A DNA stretch of 63,764 bases, filler included, from Bigelowiella natans CCMP2755 (lineage: Eukaryota; Protista; Cercozoa), in the NCBI GenBank assembly GCA_000320545.1. It is 4 parts of 4 records of this genome, joined end to end, with 100 filler letters (N's around TTAATTAATTAA, not from the genome) between each part and the next. Parts side by side here need not be neighbours in the genome. Positions count along the whole stretch, not along the records: positions 14,482 to 33,625 come from ADNK01000837.1; positions 33,726 to 62,577 come from ADNK01003030.1; 2 more parts are not named here. One strand, given 5' to 3'. The notes under the pieces were generated by a model that was not told the DNA's origin, searched no databases, and saw only the letters and a list, made by a program, of their open reading frames with translations. Every line of letters starts with the position of its first letter. Within the stretch, counting starts at the first letter, position 1. Shown piece by piece: positions 27,091-39,250 of the stretch. The position numbers were made by a program, and so were the translations under genes.

Positions 27091-27173
27091 GCAAGCTTTC
27101 CCTAGCCAGGTCGATGGGGCGACGTTTAGGCCGTCGTGCAAAAGCCGCATGGGTTCGAATCCCATAGCTTGCA
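27091..27173 (+). tRNA. tRNA-Leu(TAG)
   Basis: Acceptor GCAAGCT/AGCTTGC+A, anticodon arm CGACG-TTTAGGC-CGTCG, long variable arm, T-arm ATGGG-TTCGAAT-CCCAT. Confidence 0.88.
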
Positions 27174-27190
27174 AATTAACTAAATGTCTA

Positions 27191-27261
27191 GTCGTAATAG
27201 CTCAACGGGAGAGCGCCGGATTGAAGCCCCGGAGATGACAGTTCGACTCTGTCTTATGACA
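27191..27261 (+). tRNA. tRNA-Phe(GAA) copy 3
   Basis: Identical to copy 1. Confidence 0.88.
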
Positions 27262-27269
27262 ACAACCAA

Positions 27270-27352
27270 GCAAGCTTCCCCTAGCCAGGTCGATGGGGCG
27301 ACGTTCAAGCCGTCGTGCGAAAGCCGCATGGGTTCGAATCCCATAGCTTGCA
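27270..27352 (+). tRNA. tRNA-Leu(CAA)
   Basis: Same body as Leu(TAG); anticodon arm CGACG-TTCAAGC-CGTCG. Confidence 0.88.
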
Positions 27353-27371
27353 AATCAGTTTTCCTTCGATC

Positions 27372-27445
27372 ATTCTCATGGCGCAAATGGCTAGCGCACT
27401 CGTTTAACACGCGAGAGGTTTTCGGTTCGAGTCCGGATGAGGATA
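27372..27445 (+). tRNA. tRNA-Val(AAC)
   Basis: Acceptor ATTCTCA/TGAGGAT+A, D-arm GCGC/GCGC, anticodon arm CTCGT-TTAACAC-GCGAG, T-arm TTCGG-TTCGAGT-CCGGA. Confidence 0.85.
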
Positions 27446-27464
27446 CTACCTACAGTTTAACATC

Positions 27465-27471
27465 TTTTTTT
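27465..27471 (+). terminator. T7 run, possible Pol III terminator (or polypyrimidine tract)
   Basis: Oligo-T about 20 nt downstream of the last tRNA. Confidence 0.5.
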
Positions 27472-27679
27472 ATTGACTTGTCCGTGCATGTACAAGCTCA
27501 AGTTTTGGATTGTATCCTAACTAGCTCCCGTTTGCAGCTATGATATGTGCTTATATTGCTACAATGTGCCATGCATCTTCGATCTGGCTCTTGCCGCGAA
27601 TCATTCCTCGATTGTTTTTTTATTAATATCATCATCTGATGTACTTCAATGAGTAGAGAAGTAATACAACTAGTTCTGC

Positions 27680-28307
27680 TTAGCATAAAATATGCATGTT
27701 CTCAAATGTGGAACTCACCATGCACGTGGCGATCAGAATACTCTTATCCCCTGGATAACCCCTTCCATTGTACTGGCTAACAACAACTCTAATTTGCCGA
27801 ATGCTAAGAACGTCGTGATGGTATCGTAGAAACTTGAAAGTGCTAACTCTTAGCGTTTTCTTCATCATCCTCAGCTTCCACAGGTCGCTGCTCTCCCTAA
27901 GAAGATTGGCACCAAGAGCACGACTGCTTACAGAGAAACACACACGCCTACATACACAAAGCTACAAAATCTCCAACACATATTGTTTATCACAATAGTC
28001 TTCAATATGGACACCTTATCCGCTCTTCGCGCAGCTTCATCGAATCGAAGCACGTACTCTCCATGATCCCCTATTGGGTATCTGAAGACAACGCCACCAA
28101 GTTAGTGGAGCTCTCTCTACCCGTCCCTTTCTATCTCTGTATGCTTCATTCTCATTCTGTCTTCTTCTTCTTCTTTTTCTTTTCTGTCTTTTGTTGTGTC
28201 ATTGTTCTTGCAACCCGTCTATGCGGCCTGTCCTTTCCCATTTCACAACACAGCATTCCCTCCAATCCTGTGCGAAAACAGTAATATATGATTTCCCCCC
28301 GTCGTTT

Positions 28308-28353
<46 letters not shown>

Positions 28354-29017
28354 TCTCTCTTGTGTGTGTGTGTGTGTGTGCATGTGTGTGCGCGCGCGTT
28401 TCTGTGAGATTCATAGAAATTCTATGCAACCTGTTCGTCGCAAATTCGATTTGCATCCTCTCCAACGACGCGTCCATCGCGATGCGTAATGCCAGTAATA
28501 ACGCCAGCATTCCCCTGCATAGTTCGTGATCACGAAGGAGGGTCATTCATCAACGCACAGTCCAGTCGCCATCAAATCAACAGACGCTCACCGCTCCTCC
28601 ATCGTCGTCGCCGTCCTGCTCACGCCACTGCGAGCTTCGGAGAACCTTGGCGCCGATATACCTTGAAAATTGTTAGTTGTAAGTCGTGAGTTGGTATCAG
28701 CCGTCGTTGACTTGTGTGGGCCTCTTCCTCCGGTGTTATTCTCGTCCTCTTCTCAAGTCAAATCCATCAGCATTCAACATCATTGCATCGTCGTCGTCGT
28801 CGTCGATGTGCTGTGTGCAGTACGCGTTCTCTATAGTGACGAATTCTTCCATAACACTGCTGCTGCTGAGCAGCCAATTGGCGTCATCAAGGGAGCCGCC
28901 CCCTGCTGCCCCCTGCGATGATGATGGGCCTGTGTACTCGTTTCCCCCTTTTGATGGTAGTGACGATGATTTGTCAGAAGAAGATCGGGCGTGAAATTGA
29001 CATACGTCAGTTAACGC

Positions 29018-29082
<65 letters not shown>

Positions 29083-29170
29083 GTGTTTGTTGGATAGTCA
29101 TCGTCACAAACCAGCCTTGTCCATCGTCGCATCTGGAACGCCGCCTCCGGATTCACGCATCATCTGAAAT
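27680..29170 (-). CDS. Hypothetical multi-exon protein
   Basis: Several exon-like segments between microsatellite-bearing introns; no recognisable family and boundaries uncertain. Confidence 0.25.
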
Positions 29171-29320
29171 CACGCCGCGAGCCATCAATATGACCGACCG
29201 TCAGCACGAGAAAAAGGGGACAGTAGCATAATCTCATCTGGTAAGAAAGTTGGAGGGCTTGGTAGCTTTTGAACTAAACTCTCCCTTCACTCTCGCCCGC
29301 CCCTCCTCTCGTTCGTTGCA

Positions 29321-29547
29321 ATGAGTATTGGTGTGGAAATCTTCTCTGATCCCTCATCGATGCTATGCTGCGCCGTTTACCTCGGAGTATTGATCCTCGT
29401 CGTTCAAGCCGCATTTACACCGGCCACGGAGAAAAGTGTGCTCCTAGAAAGGAAGAATCAATACGAAAAAGAGATCGTCGATGGAAAGCGGGCAGCAATA
29501 GGGGACGAGAAGGAAAAACACGGATGGGCTGTTAGTATCATAGCGTC

Positions 29548-29589
<42 letters not shown>

Positions 29590-29763
29590 GCCATGAAGCA
29601 GGGAGGCGTCGGGAACAGAGCCGCAGAAGGAATAAGACCAACCTGTCCTGTGGGATCGGTGTATCGCACTCGGAGAGGCCTAGTGTCGCGCTTCGACATC
29701 AATCTGAGAGCCTTGTGGCAGATGTGGCAAATCGTCCCGTTCCTGGCGGCATGAATGAATAGA
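29321..29763 (+). CDS. Hypothetical small protein with N-terminal hydrophobic segment
   Basis: MSIGVEIFSDPSSMLCCAVYLGVLILVVQAAF followed by a charged region; 3' extent uncertain. Confidence 0.3.
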
Positions 29764-30610
29764 TGAATGATTCATCAGGAAACCTCAACACACATCGTTG
29801 CCCATCGCGACTGCACGCTGGAGGAGGAGGAGGAGGATGAGGATGAGGAGGAGGAGGAGCATGGTACGAGATGTCTCCCACTCCAATACCCCCACTGAAA
29901 ATGAATCTCTGTTTTTTTTAAAGTCGATAATGAAGCACATCGGCACAGGTATCTAGGGTACAGCATAGCATGCACTTGTTACAAAACTCTGATCAGCGAC
30001 TGACCCTTTTATGATCTCGTGAGGGAGCAGCCTCCTGCGGCTGCAACGGGTTTCTTTATTTTCTCCTTTTCTACAACTCCCATCTTCTTCGATCTCGAGC
30101 CGGAGCCTAGTGTATGCAACAAATTATCAACATATTCTTGCCCATCTCCCCCGCTCCCCCCCCCCCCCCCAACATTTCCTTTATATGGAGGTAGTCAGCG
30201 TGTTATTACTTATACGCGTCGGGTCTCTTCCGTGTAAGAAGGCCAGAGAGATGAGAGATGATCTGCGAATCAGAATGAGAATACCAATGAGAGAAAGCGA
30301 GAGAGAGAGAGAGAGAGAGTGGCATAATGATGCAACTATACGCATGCGCAATCATTACGGAAGTATTCTCTCGACTGTGAGAAAGAAGGCAGTATGGGAT
30401 CTTGTTGATGCTTGGCGGTTTACGATCTGCTGATAGCATTGCCGGTGATGCTTGGCCTTCTTCTTGCCCTCCTTGCGCAGCAGTCGTTGTTGCAGTCTTG
30501 AGCGGTACCTCGAACTGTCCCAGGCGAGATACCAGCCTAACGAAACACACACGACGTCATGACTACCAACCCACAAAACAACCAGCACGGACGATGATTT
30601 TCCAACGATA

Positions 30611-31605
30611 TTACAGATGGCTGCAGTCACAGCAAGTTGGGATCTCGATCCAGCCCCATTTCATCTCGTCTTTTTCGTAGTTTCCGTCATACAATTCAAT
30701 GTCCTTGGGGCAGGCAAGAAGGGGAGAGGGAAAAGACAGCAATAGGATTGATTGTCGTCATCGTCGTCATCTTCGAACGAGCCCGTGAATGCAAGTTCAA
30801 TGGCACCGAAAACACCGACTATTTCATCAAGATTCAATATGCTAGCATCATCCTGTCGATCTGTAGCAACTCGTCTCGTGCAACAGTAAACTGTGGAGCC
30901 CGCACATAATTCGCATTACAAATTCGCCATTACCTTCGTGTCCACAAACACGTGTGCAACGTTGTTGATGAAGCTAAACTTCTTGCTTCGGATGAACTTT
31001 GGCGGAGAAGACACAGAAGCATAGCAAGGAGGAGGAGGAGGAGGGGAAGGGCGAGCAGGCGAAAGTGAATGAGTATACATATAGTTCATCTTGAGGAAAC
31101 AACGTCCTCCGTAACTTCCGACGGCCGCAGCGAGAGGTGGTGAAAGCGGCAGTAGTGGCAAATTATTACCCTATCACACATATTGACCCCTTCCATATCC
31201 CCACGGATCCCGAACGCTTCTCGAAACACCTCCATGATGTTCATGTATCTCTGTGTCCTCCCTGCAGACGCTGAGTCCTCTAGCGTTATCGCTGGTATTT
31301 GTACGCACAAAGTGGGACGGTGTCATAAGGGGTTGAGGAGAATGATGCAGACATCTGTCATGGAGCTAATGCGATCGATTCGACAACTCGATAAGAAGCT
31401 AGAAGAGCTGACCACACTTAGCTAAGAACAGCTTACGTTCAACGGATACGTCCTCAGATGGACGGTAAGGGCGGTTAAGCGGGGGAGGCACTGCTGGGCG
31501 GCAAATGATGCAAATGATGCAGCAACAGATCAGGGTCGCCGACTTGAGGAGCCTCTTCACCGGGGTAGAGCGGAATCTATCTTGGCTGCGACTTAATGGC
31601 AGCAT
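30611..31605 (-). CDS. Hypothetical secreted/membrane-anchored Cys-containing protein
   Basis: N-terminal hydrophobic stretch (LLKSATLICCCIICIIC). The last exon reads DIELYDGNYEKDEMKWGWIEIPTCCDCSHL*. Internal junctions are not resolved. Confidence 0.4.
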
Positions 31606-32346
31606 AGTATGCCTGCTGTGTCTCTAAGTGCCCCTCCCTTTGCTCACATCAAGACTATAGCAGTAGCAAAGGAGGTCGGTGCGCGCTCGGGGCTAGGGTC
31701 ACGACTCGTGGAGGGCATGTGTACCCGACCGATGCGATTTACAAAATGGTGTACATTTAGGAAAGATATTTTTAGATGTTTATCGCATAAATATTATCCA
31801 TATCAATCAGATAAGGTCAGGCATTCGTAGTTTTTTTTTTTAGTTTGAGCTGAGATATTACAGATATCATTAGATATCTTAGGCATGAAATGTGTTCCTA
31901 ATTTACAGATCTAATCTGTCTTGTCCGATGTCGCACGAGAAGATTGTTTGTCGTACGATTTGATGCGCCAAGCCTTCAAGATTTCTGAAACTTCACATGC
32001 GATCTCTAAACAATTACTAATTTTAACCCATGTCGCAGGGTTAATATCGTCGGGTGCTGCTGTCTGTCCGGCGATCCATCGAGATAGACTACCCATCGGT
32101 TCCGGCAGGTACGAGTATATGCTTCGACAGTGACGGCGTTCATTGTTGAAGGAGGGGAATCCTGTTATTTGGCACACTGGCAACCGATGTCGCAGTAGGT
32201 AAATTAGCTTGATTTTGATTGATATTTTATGGCATTTGGGTCTATCTCCCTCGGTTCATTCCCTTCCGAGCTCTCCTCTTCACTATCCACAACCTCCTTC
32301 GCTCTCCCTCTCCACAACCTCACCTCTCCTCTGCTGATTCGGAACG

Positions 32347-32791
32347 ATGCTGAGGAACCTTGTCTCTCGGATCTCGCGCCTGTCTAGAAAACCCCCGCGA
32401 CGGGCAATGTCCTTTTGCTTGTTTGGAAAGAGAGTGGCGATGGGGAGGCGATCTCGACTGGTGATGGCTGGTACCGGCGCCGCCGGGTTAGGACTTCTCG
32501 GGGGCTGGTATTCGATGATGACTGCAGAGGCTAAGGTCTGAAAGTCAAAAGATAAATATATTCTCCCAGACGGGAGGAAGACATCAGTTCTCGATTCCAT
32601 GTGCCACAATTCGTCTTCTTAGGCTGTGGTTGTTTGCATGCACTTCTGTAGGAGAAAGACTGCGACTTGAAGCTCCAATATGCGTTCAGAAAAGCTCGTG
32701 CTGGTTGTTCATCGATGACAAAATGATATTAGGCAGAGGAGTGGAATCGAGGAGAAGGGCGTGCGTAGTCGTCTTTGCGTTTTAAGCTTTT

Positions 32792-32848
<57 letters not shown>

Positions 32849-33500
32849 CCTCTCTCTGCCTCTTTTCGGGGGACAGGTGTTTCGCATCTTAGTGGTCCTA
32901 ATGAAAGTAAATGCGAACTAGTTTGGATTAGCGTTTTTACAACGAGATTCGTATAGGTTGCTTTCATGACTGGTTGAAACAAAATCATGAATATTATTCT
33001 CCTTTTCTTCGCATAGGTGACCTTCTGAACATCATCGATTGCAAAAATGTGCTTAAGGTGTGGTAGAAGCCCTTTCCCTTGGCATTCAATTTTTGCTAGC
33101 GATATAGTGTATGTTCACTGACATGCTGCAACAACATGTACTCTTACACTTCGCATTTGATTCCCCCATAAACCTCACATAATCTCTTGCATTTGTTTGT
33201 TTCAGTCGTACTATGACCACTTCACATGGATGGATGTTACGGATGTAGGCAAATGAAAAAAACAACTAGAACGCCCTGCCCCCCCCCCCCTTTCTCCCAT
33301 GCATAACCCCCTACTCAACCTGCTTTCCCGCACTTGTTTCACATGCCCCAGTTGTGAACGATTGCTTTCTAGACTGCTGCGAGATCTGAAGAGAGCGCAG
33401 TTGTTGATTGCTGCATGGAATGAATCACGTTAGGCGAAGTGCTTCCGAGCTTTATTCGATTCGCACGATATGGACGGCGATGGGCTCATTACAAGGTGCC
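32347..33500 (+). CDS. Mitochondrion-targeted EF-hand protein, micro-exons, truncated by contig end
   Basis: Arg/Ser-rich presequence MLRNLVSRISRLSRK, a Gly/Ala hydrophobic segment, and a later exon FRALFDSHDMDGDGLIT (canonical EF-hand loop). Confidence 0.6.
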
Positions 33501-33625
33501 GCTGGTTGATGAGAGTGGCGGTGGAGACTACGTTTCTTCTCACCTCAAACATCGACTTTTTTTGCTAATGAGTGAGTGTGCCTCACCTCTACATCTTTTT
33601 CTTCTCTTTTTTCATCGCCCCCCCC

Positions 33626-33725
33626 NNNNNNNNNNNNNNNNNNNNNNNNNNNNNNNNNNNNNNNNNNNNTTAATTAATTAANNNNNNNNNNNNNNNNNNN
33701 NNNNNNNNNNNNNNNNNNNNNNNNN
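33626..33725. other. Artificial contig linker
   Basis: N44-TTAATTAATTAA-N44. Confidence 0.98.
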
Positions 33726-33955
33726 TCACATCATGGCAACTCCATTCCTCGCCGGGTAGTCATCGGCAATGGCCTCTGCGAGTGCTGTTGCGTGCCGCTC
33801 GACGGATGCGTAGGCTGACTTCACCAGGTCCAGCGTCGGTAGGACGTGCCCTCGAAACTTGTGCTCGTTGCGGATGAAGAAGCTGCGGCAGCAATGGTGG
33901 ATGCAAGCAATCACACACGGCTGTTTTCGACCAGGTTGGAGTTGTTCGGAAAAGA

Positions 33956-34004
<49 letters not shown>

Positions 34005-34429
34005 CCTCCCCCCCTCCCCCCCCCCCACACACACACGAAGAGGCCTCCCGCAACAGAAATGCGCAGGAGAGTGGATTGGGGGAATGGATGACTTATTGAG
34101 GACGCCGGAAACTTCGCTATCCATCGCTATTGTTCCCGGGTGCGTCTTCCTCTTGGCCGTGCTGATGGCGTCCATTGTTTGCGCCTCGATCTCCGGAGCT
34201 ATCACCGACTTTATCTCTTTTAAAATTGTCCAGCCCCTGGGTTGATGAGGCAGCAAAAATATAAATAATCACTAATCTATTATCTCATGCATGCATGCTG
34301 TGCGGGGGGGGGGATGAAAAAATTCACGAGGCTATAGTCGAAATCCTTTTATTTAATTGGGGTTCTTCTTCTTCTTCTTTGCCCTCGGATAATTTCTATT
34401 TGCCGTCAACGTCATTGCCTTCCATGTAT

Positions 34430-34479
<50 letters not shown>

Positions 34480-35636
34480 CACTGCCGGAGTTTTCTACAC
34501 AAGCTACCTGACAAGAAGGTGGTCCTTGGAAACTTCCCTTCCGGACTCCGCTGTAGTTGTTATTGCACATATCGTCTCATAAGAGCAGTGTGCACGTCAC
34601 CACGTGCGCGCGCTGCTGCAAGTTATGCAGCTTTAACAACATTGTGATGGCAAGAGCGTCTCCCACTGCTTTCTCCGCCCCCCCCCTCCCCCCTCCGATG
34701 TCAGAAACCTGCAAGAATGACGAGCAGGGGCGGTACGAGAGCCTGGTAGCGGTCATCTGACAGCATCCCTACCATCGCCTTCACCATCGAATAGACCTCG
34801 CGGAACATCGCCGCATTGCCCTGTTTCTTCTTCAAGAGGGAGACGAGCTTCCCCGCTGGAACGAGGTTGGCGTTTGGCAGCAGCACCCGCCGCCTGGAAT
34901 TATAAATGATGATTTCTTAGTTAGGAGAGAAACAGCGACCCAGCAGCGCACAAGAACCGTCGTATTTCCAGCAGAAGCGGGCCTTCTTCTGACCGCTTCG
35001 AGACTTGAAACACGTGGTTACACTCGTAACTCGTCGTCACACCGCCTCGCTTGAGGTGACGACGGCTTACTACCTTGTGCGGAGTGCTGAGAATGCCTGG
35101 CATGCGCTCCTCATGGCGTCGGCTAGGCGGTAGGAAGGGGGGCAGAGCAGCCATTGTTTCAAGAACCTTGCAGTCGTCGGAAAGGAGGAGAATGAACAAA
35201 AAAAGAATATGCCAATCAGGGAGCGTCAGTACAGCCCTCCATCATTCTCGTCATCAATTATTACCACCATCATCGTCATCATCATCATTTCCGTCGTCGT
35301 CAGCATCATGGCAGTAGCTGTACGCTGTATAATGCACGTCGAGGAAACCTATGAGCCTCTCCCCCACTACTGCCACTACTACCGCTGAGAATGCACCTAA
35401 AAATGGCCTTTGGACATTTGTTTTCGGGGAGCAGTGCTTCAACGAGCCCTGGGATTCCCGGGTACTGGGCGAGGCCGATTTGCTCAGCCGTGGTGAGGTA
35501 AATCGGCCTTGGGCCTGCACACCAGATATGAGGGGGGGTTGGGGTGGGGGCGATGATGCTGGGTTAATGGTGATAAAGAAGGCAGATTCTCGTGTGCGTT
35601 GAGGTTTGAGTGAGGGGGAAGGGAAGGAAGATAATA

Positions 35637-35681
<45 letters not shown>

Positions 35682-37540
35682 AGAGATGGAGAGAGTGAGG
35701 AAAGGAGAAAGCGTGATGCATATCGAATCACGAATTCTAGTTACTGTGGTTACTACTTCATGACTACAGCATCATCATTATCATCATCTTCATCATCATC
35801 ATCATCATCATCTTCCCGTCATCATCAAACACCATCGACGTAGCTATCATATCTCTATCAGAAGGGAACAATGGAGGAGGAAGAGGAGGAGGAGGAGGAA
35901 ATAACTGCAAGATTGTCGCGTCATTAATGTCAATCATACCTGAAGAGAAGGGCCAAGCTGACACTTGCTGCTGCCGCTGCGTCGATATGAGAAACGAGAA
36001 GTCCTCAGGCTTTAGGTCGTTCAGCTCAGCGATATGCTCTAGCATTCCTACGTGGAACAAGCTTTCCGCCGTGGGAATGCGAAGCATCTGGTCACGAGGA
36101 GGCAGAAACGGCCACGAGGAGGACGAATGAGCGCACTTCTCGTCGAGAAATAGTGGCGGCGTGTAGCCGGCCTGAAGGAGGAGCGTTTCCACAGCCTGAA
36201 GAGAGAGAGAGAGAGAGAGGAGAGGGGGGGGGGGGGAGGGGAAGGACAAGTAACATTAGCCAAACTTAGTTCCCGGCAGTCAGAAATGGTTTGTCAAGTG
36301 CCTTCTCAGTGAGGCGCTCCATGATTCTGACAGTCCGATCATCCACCCGCACTTGCACTAGAGAGTAGCCCAGGACCCCCATCTCAATGCCAACGTAAGG
36401 CCGATTCTCACGAAACTCCAGCTGCGAGGCGCTGAGGCAGAGATCGTGCATGTACGTGGAGCAAGCGGCGCTCACGATCTGAGCCAGGTACTTCCAAAGG
36501 CAACAACGAAGACGACGAAATGATATTATGATTATGACCATCTTCATCATCCTCTTCGTCATCCTCATCACCATTACAATCATCGCCATCAGTAAAAACA
36601 TCGTGATAGGGAGAAGGGGGGGGGGGGAGGGGCAACGGCGAGCGAAAACGCGGAAGGATCTAAAGACGAATTGCGCCACACTTACCCTCTGTTTGATTCC
36701 TCTCCACTTAGCTGTGACCGGAATCTCGATTTCCTCGTACACCGCCACGCTCAGCTCCCCTTGTTGCGTGAGGCCATTGAGAGTAGCCTGCACGTTCTTG
36801 TAAGGGCAACCAGCGCGAGCACGGCCGGCCTAAAAATGGATCGGTAGTCGCGAATTTGAGTTTGGCAGAATACGATGTGCCTACGCATGCAGCGTCATAT
36901 TTCATGTGGCAATAGGAGGAAGCGCCGAGCATAGATTTCGGCTCTCCCACTCGCCTCTCCCACGCCGCTACCGCGAGGCCTTTCTAACGGCTGCTTTGTT
37001 TGGATGACGATGACGATGATGATGATGATGGTGATGGTGATGGTGATGATACCGATTACGATTAACATGATAAAGAAATTGAAAGAATTGCGACAGCATC
37101 AAGCCAACAATGCTACGGGTCAACCATGGAATTGAGACTGGCCCACTCGACCAGCATGATGGCGTCCACGCCGTACGTCTCGAAGAACTCCCCCACTCGC
37201 AGCAGGATCACCTTATTGGGGTGCTTCTCCTTCTCGGATATTGCGAAGTGCATGAGCGTTCCCTTCTTCACATTCACCATCCCATGGTCATAGCCGAGGG
37301 CGTTGGAGGGAACCAGCTGCTTTATCAGCTCGCGCGCAGAGGGCCGAGTTACGCGGCGAAGATGCTGCATCCAGTACTGAGAGACGTGCCCCCTAGTGGT
37401 GAAACATGTAGAATCAGAGATCAGCAGCGACACATCTTCATAGAAAGGAGGAAGGGGGGTGTGCGAGTATTCATTATCTGTACGTGATATCACTGTTGCC
37501 GGGGAAAGGAGAAGACAAGGCCCATGTGCCTCTGTGCGTT

Positions 37541-37584
<44 letters not shown>

Positions 37585-38183
37585 GCATGCGGCAGTAGCT
37601 AATCACTGACTGGGGCCCGGTACAGATTTCTCTGAGCTTCGCCTCCAGCGTTTCCTTCCACATCGTATCATCATTGTTCGCGCCTTGTCTCCACAAATCG
37701 CCGTCGTCCTGTGTTCGAGGTAGAGGAAAAGGCGCCGATCATAGAGCGTATTAGCCATCACAGGCATAATGATGAGGATGATAATGATGGTGATAATACT
37801 GATCATGATGATGATGGTGGTCTCTGATCTTCCGACTATTGTTACAATTAGCTGTTTAGCCGGCAAGGCAGAAGGGCGTACATCGTCAGCATCGTCGTCA
37901 TCGTCCTCTTCTTCGCCATTGGGGTTGCTGTTCGCGACGTCGAATCTTTCAGTGGGAGCTGCCTCCTCCTCATCGCTACCAATGCCGTCAACATTTACCA
38001 ACCTTCCGCCCCATTCTTGTTGTCGCAGCTGCTGCCGCTTGTCGGGCACAGATACAGTAGAATTCCATGCCTTTGCTTCGTTGAAGGAGGTTGCTGGTTC
38101 AGCAGTTCTTGGGTGAGATATTGAAGGAGATTGTGGCCGACTAAGGATTCGGAGCGGAATGGAAGAGGGGAAGAATCTATTAG

Positions 38184-38221
<38 letters not shown>

Positions 38222-38388
38222 AATATGCATTTGAATGCATGTGTGAATTGTTATAGGCTGTGTTCTTGAGTGTATGATGATTCAGGAAACGTTCTTTTAA
38301 GAACCAGTGTCTAGACGTTTCGCTGGGATAAGATCGTAGTAATTTATGCCTACGAAACACGTATACAACCGCTTTATCAAAAACTCAG

Positions 38389-38435
<47 letters not shown>

Positions 38436-38447
38436 CACAAACGCACA

Positions 38448-38479
<32 letters not shown>

Positions 38480-38764
38480 CAAAATTACAATTACATCAAA
38501 TACACACGCACACGCAAAAGCACACACATGGTGTTGCATATGTATTGCATCGTATATTTTTCATGTCCACATCTTTTGTTACTCCACGACCGATAGAATA
38601 GGATCGTTTATTTTGTTGCTAGTGCCAGCAAGTAGAGGTGTCAGAGCTCATAACACGATCTTATGAATGATTCCTCTACACGATTTTAAACGCTCTTTAT
38701 TTTGGTGCCCCAGAAATTGACATTGATGCAAGAAATCTTGGCGCAATGGAACACCGCTAGAAAA

Positions 38765-38802
<38 letters not shown>

Positions 38803-38978
38803 CACATCGCCTCTCTAGACGTCTAACTGTTGTCGATTTCTGCCCACCACCTGCTGTTCCCAGGGTATTTTTCATACCCCCTCCGCCCCACAAGCGCCAG
38901 ACCGAACGCAATGAAGGCCAGCAAGAACCATGCCGGTTGGGGACGGGGAAGGCGCGCTAGGGCGGCAGCCCTCCTCAT
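33726..38978 (-). CDS. MSH1: Plant-type MutS homolog MSH1 with N-terminal signal-like presequence; 3' part lost at contig break
   Basis: EKEKHPNKVILLRVGEFFETYGVDAIMLVEWASLNSM, AGCPYKNVQATLNGLTQQGELSVAVYEEI and YLAQIVSAACSTY..RPYVGI are MSH1-family domain I/II motifs. N-terminus MRRAAALARLPRPQPAWFLLAFIAFGLALVG. Confidence 0.85.
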
Positions 38979-39250
38979 CCCGCCAGCTCTGCCCGTCCTC
39001 GGCTTGCGGACGATCTGAGAAGAAATGGGATCCTTTTTAGCAGTAATTAAGCGTACGAATCTTGTCGCAGGCCTTAAACTCCACGGCAACATAGCGAAAA
39101 AGCAATTCCGGAGTCTGGCCGAAATCCCCAGCCCGCCCAAAAAGCATGGAGGCGTCCAGCACGGCAAAGCAGCAGCAGCAATGCCAACTGAAGGGTCTAG
39201 GAGCAACATGGGTAACGAAGGATAGGGGTTAGTTCATTGCGCCGTCGTTC

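Noticed and set aside
26922-27352. Repeated units with short spacers resembling a CRISPR array, and the ORFs called over them
   Set aside because: The repeats fold as complete tRNAs, there are no cas genes, and the ORFs are spurious.
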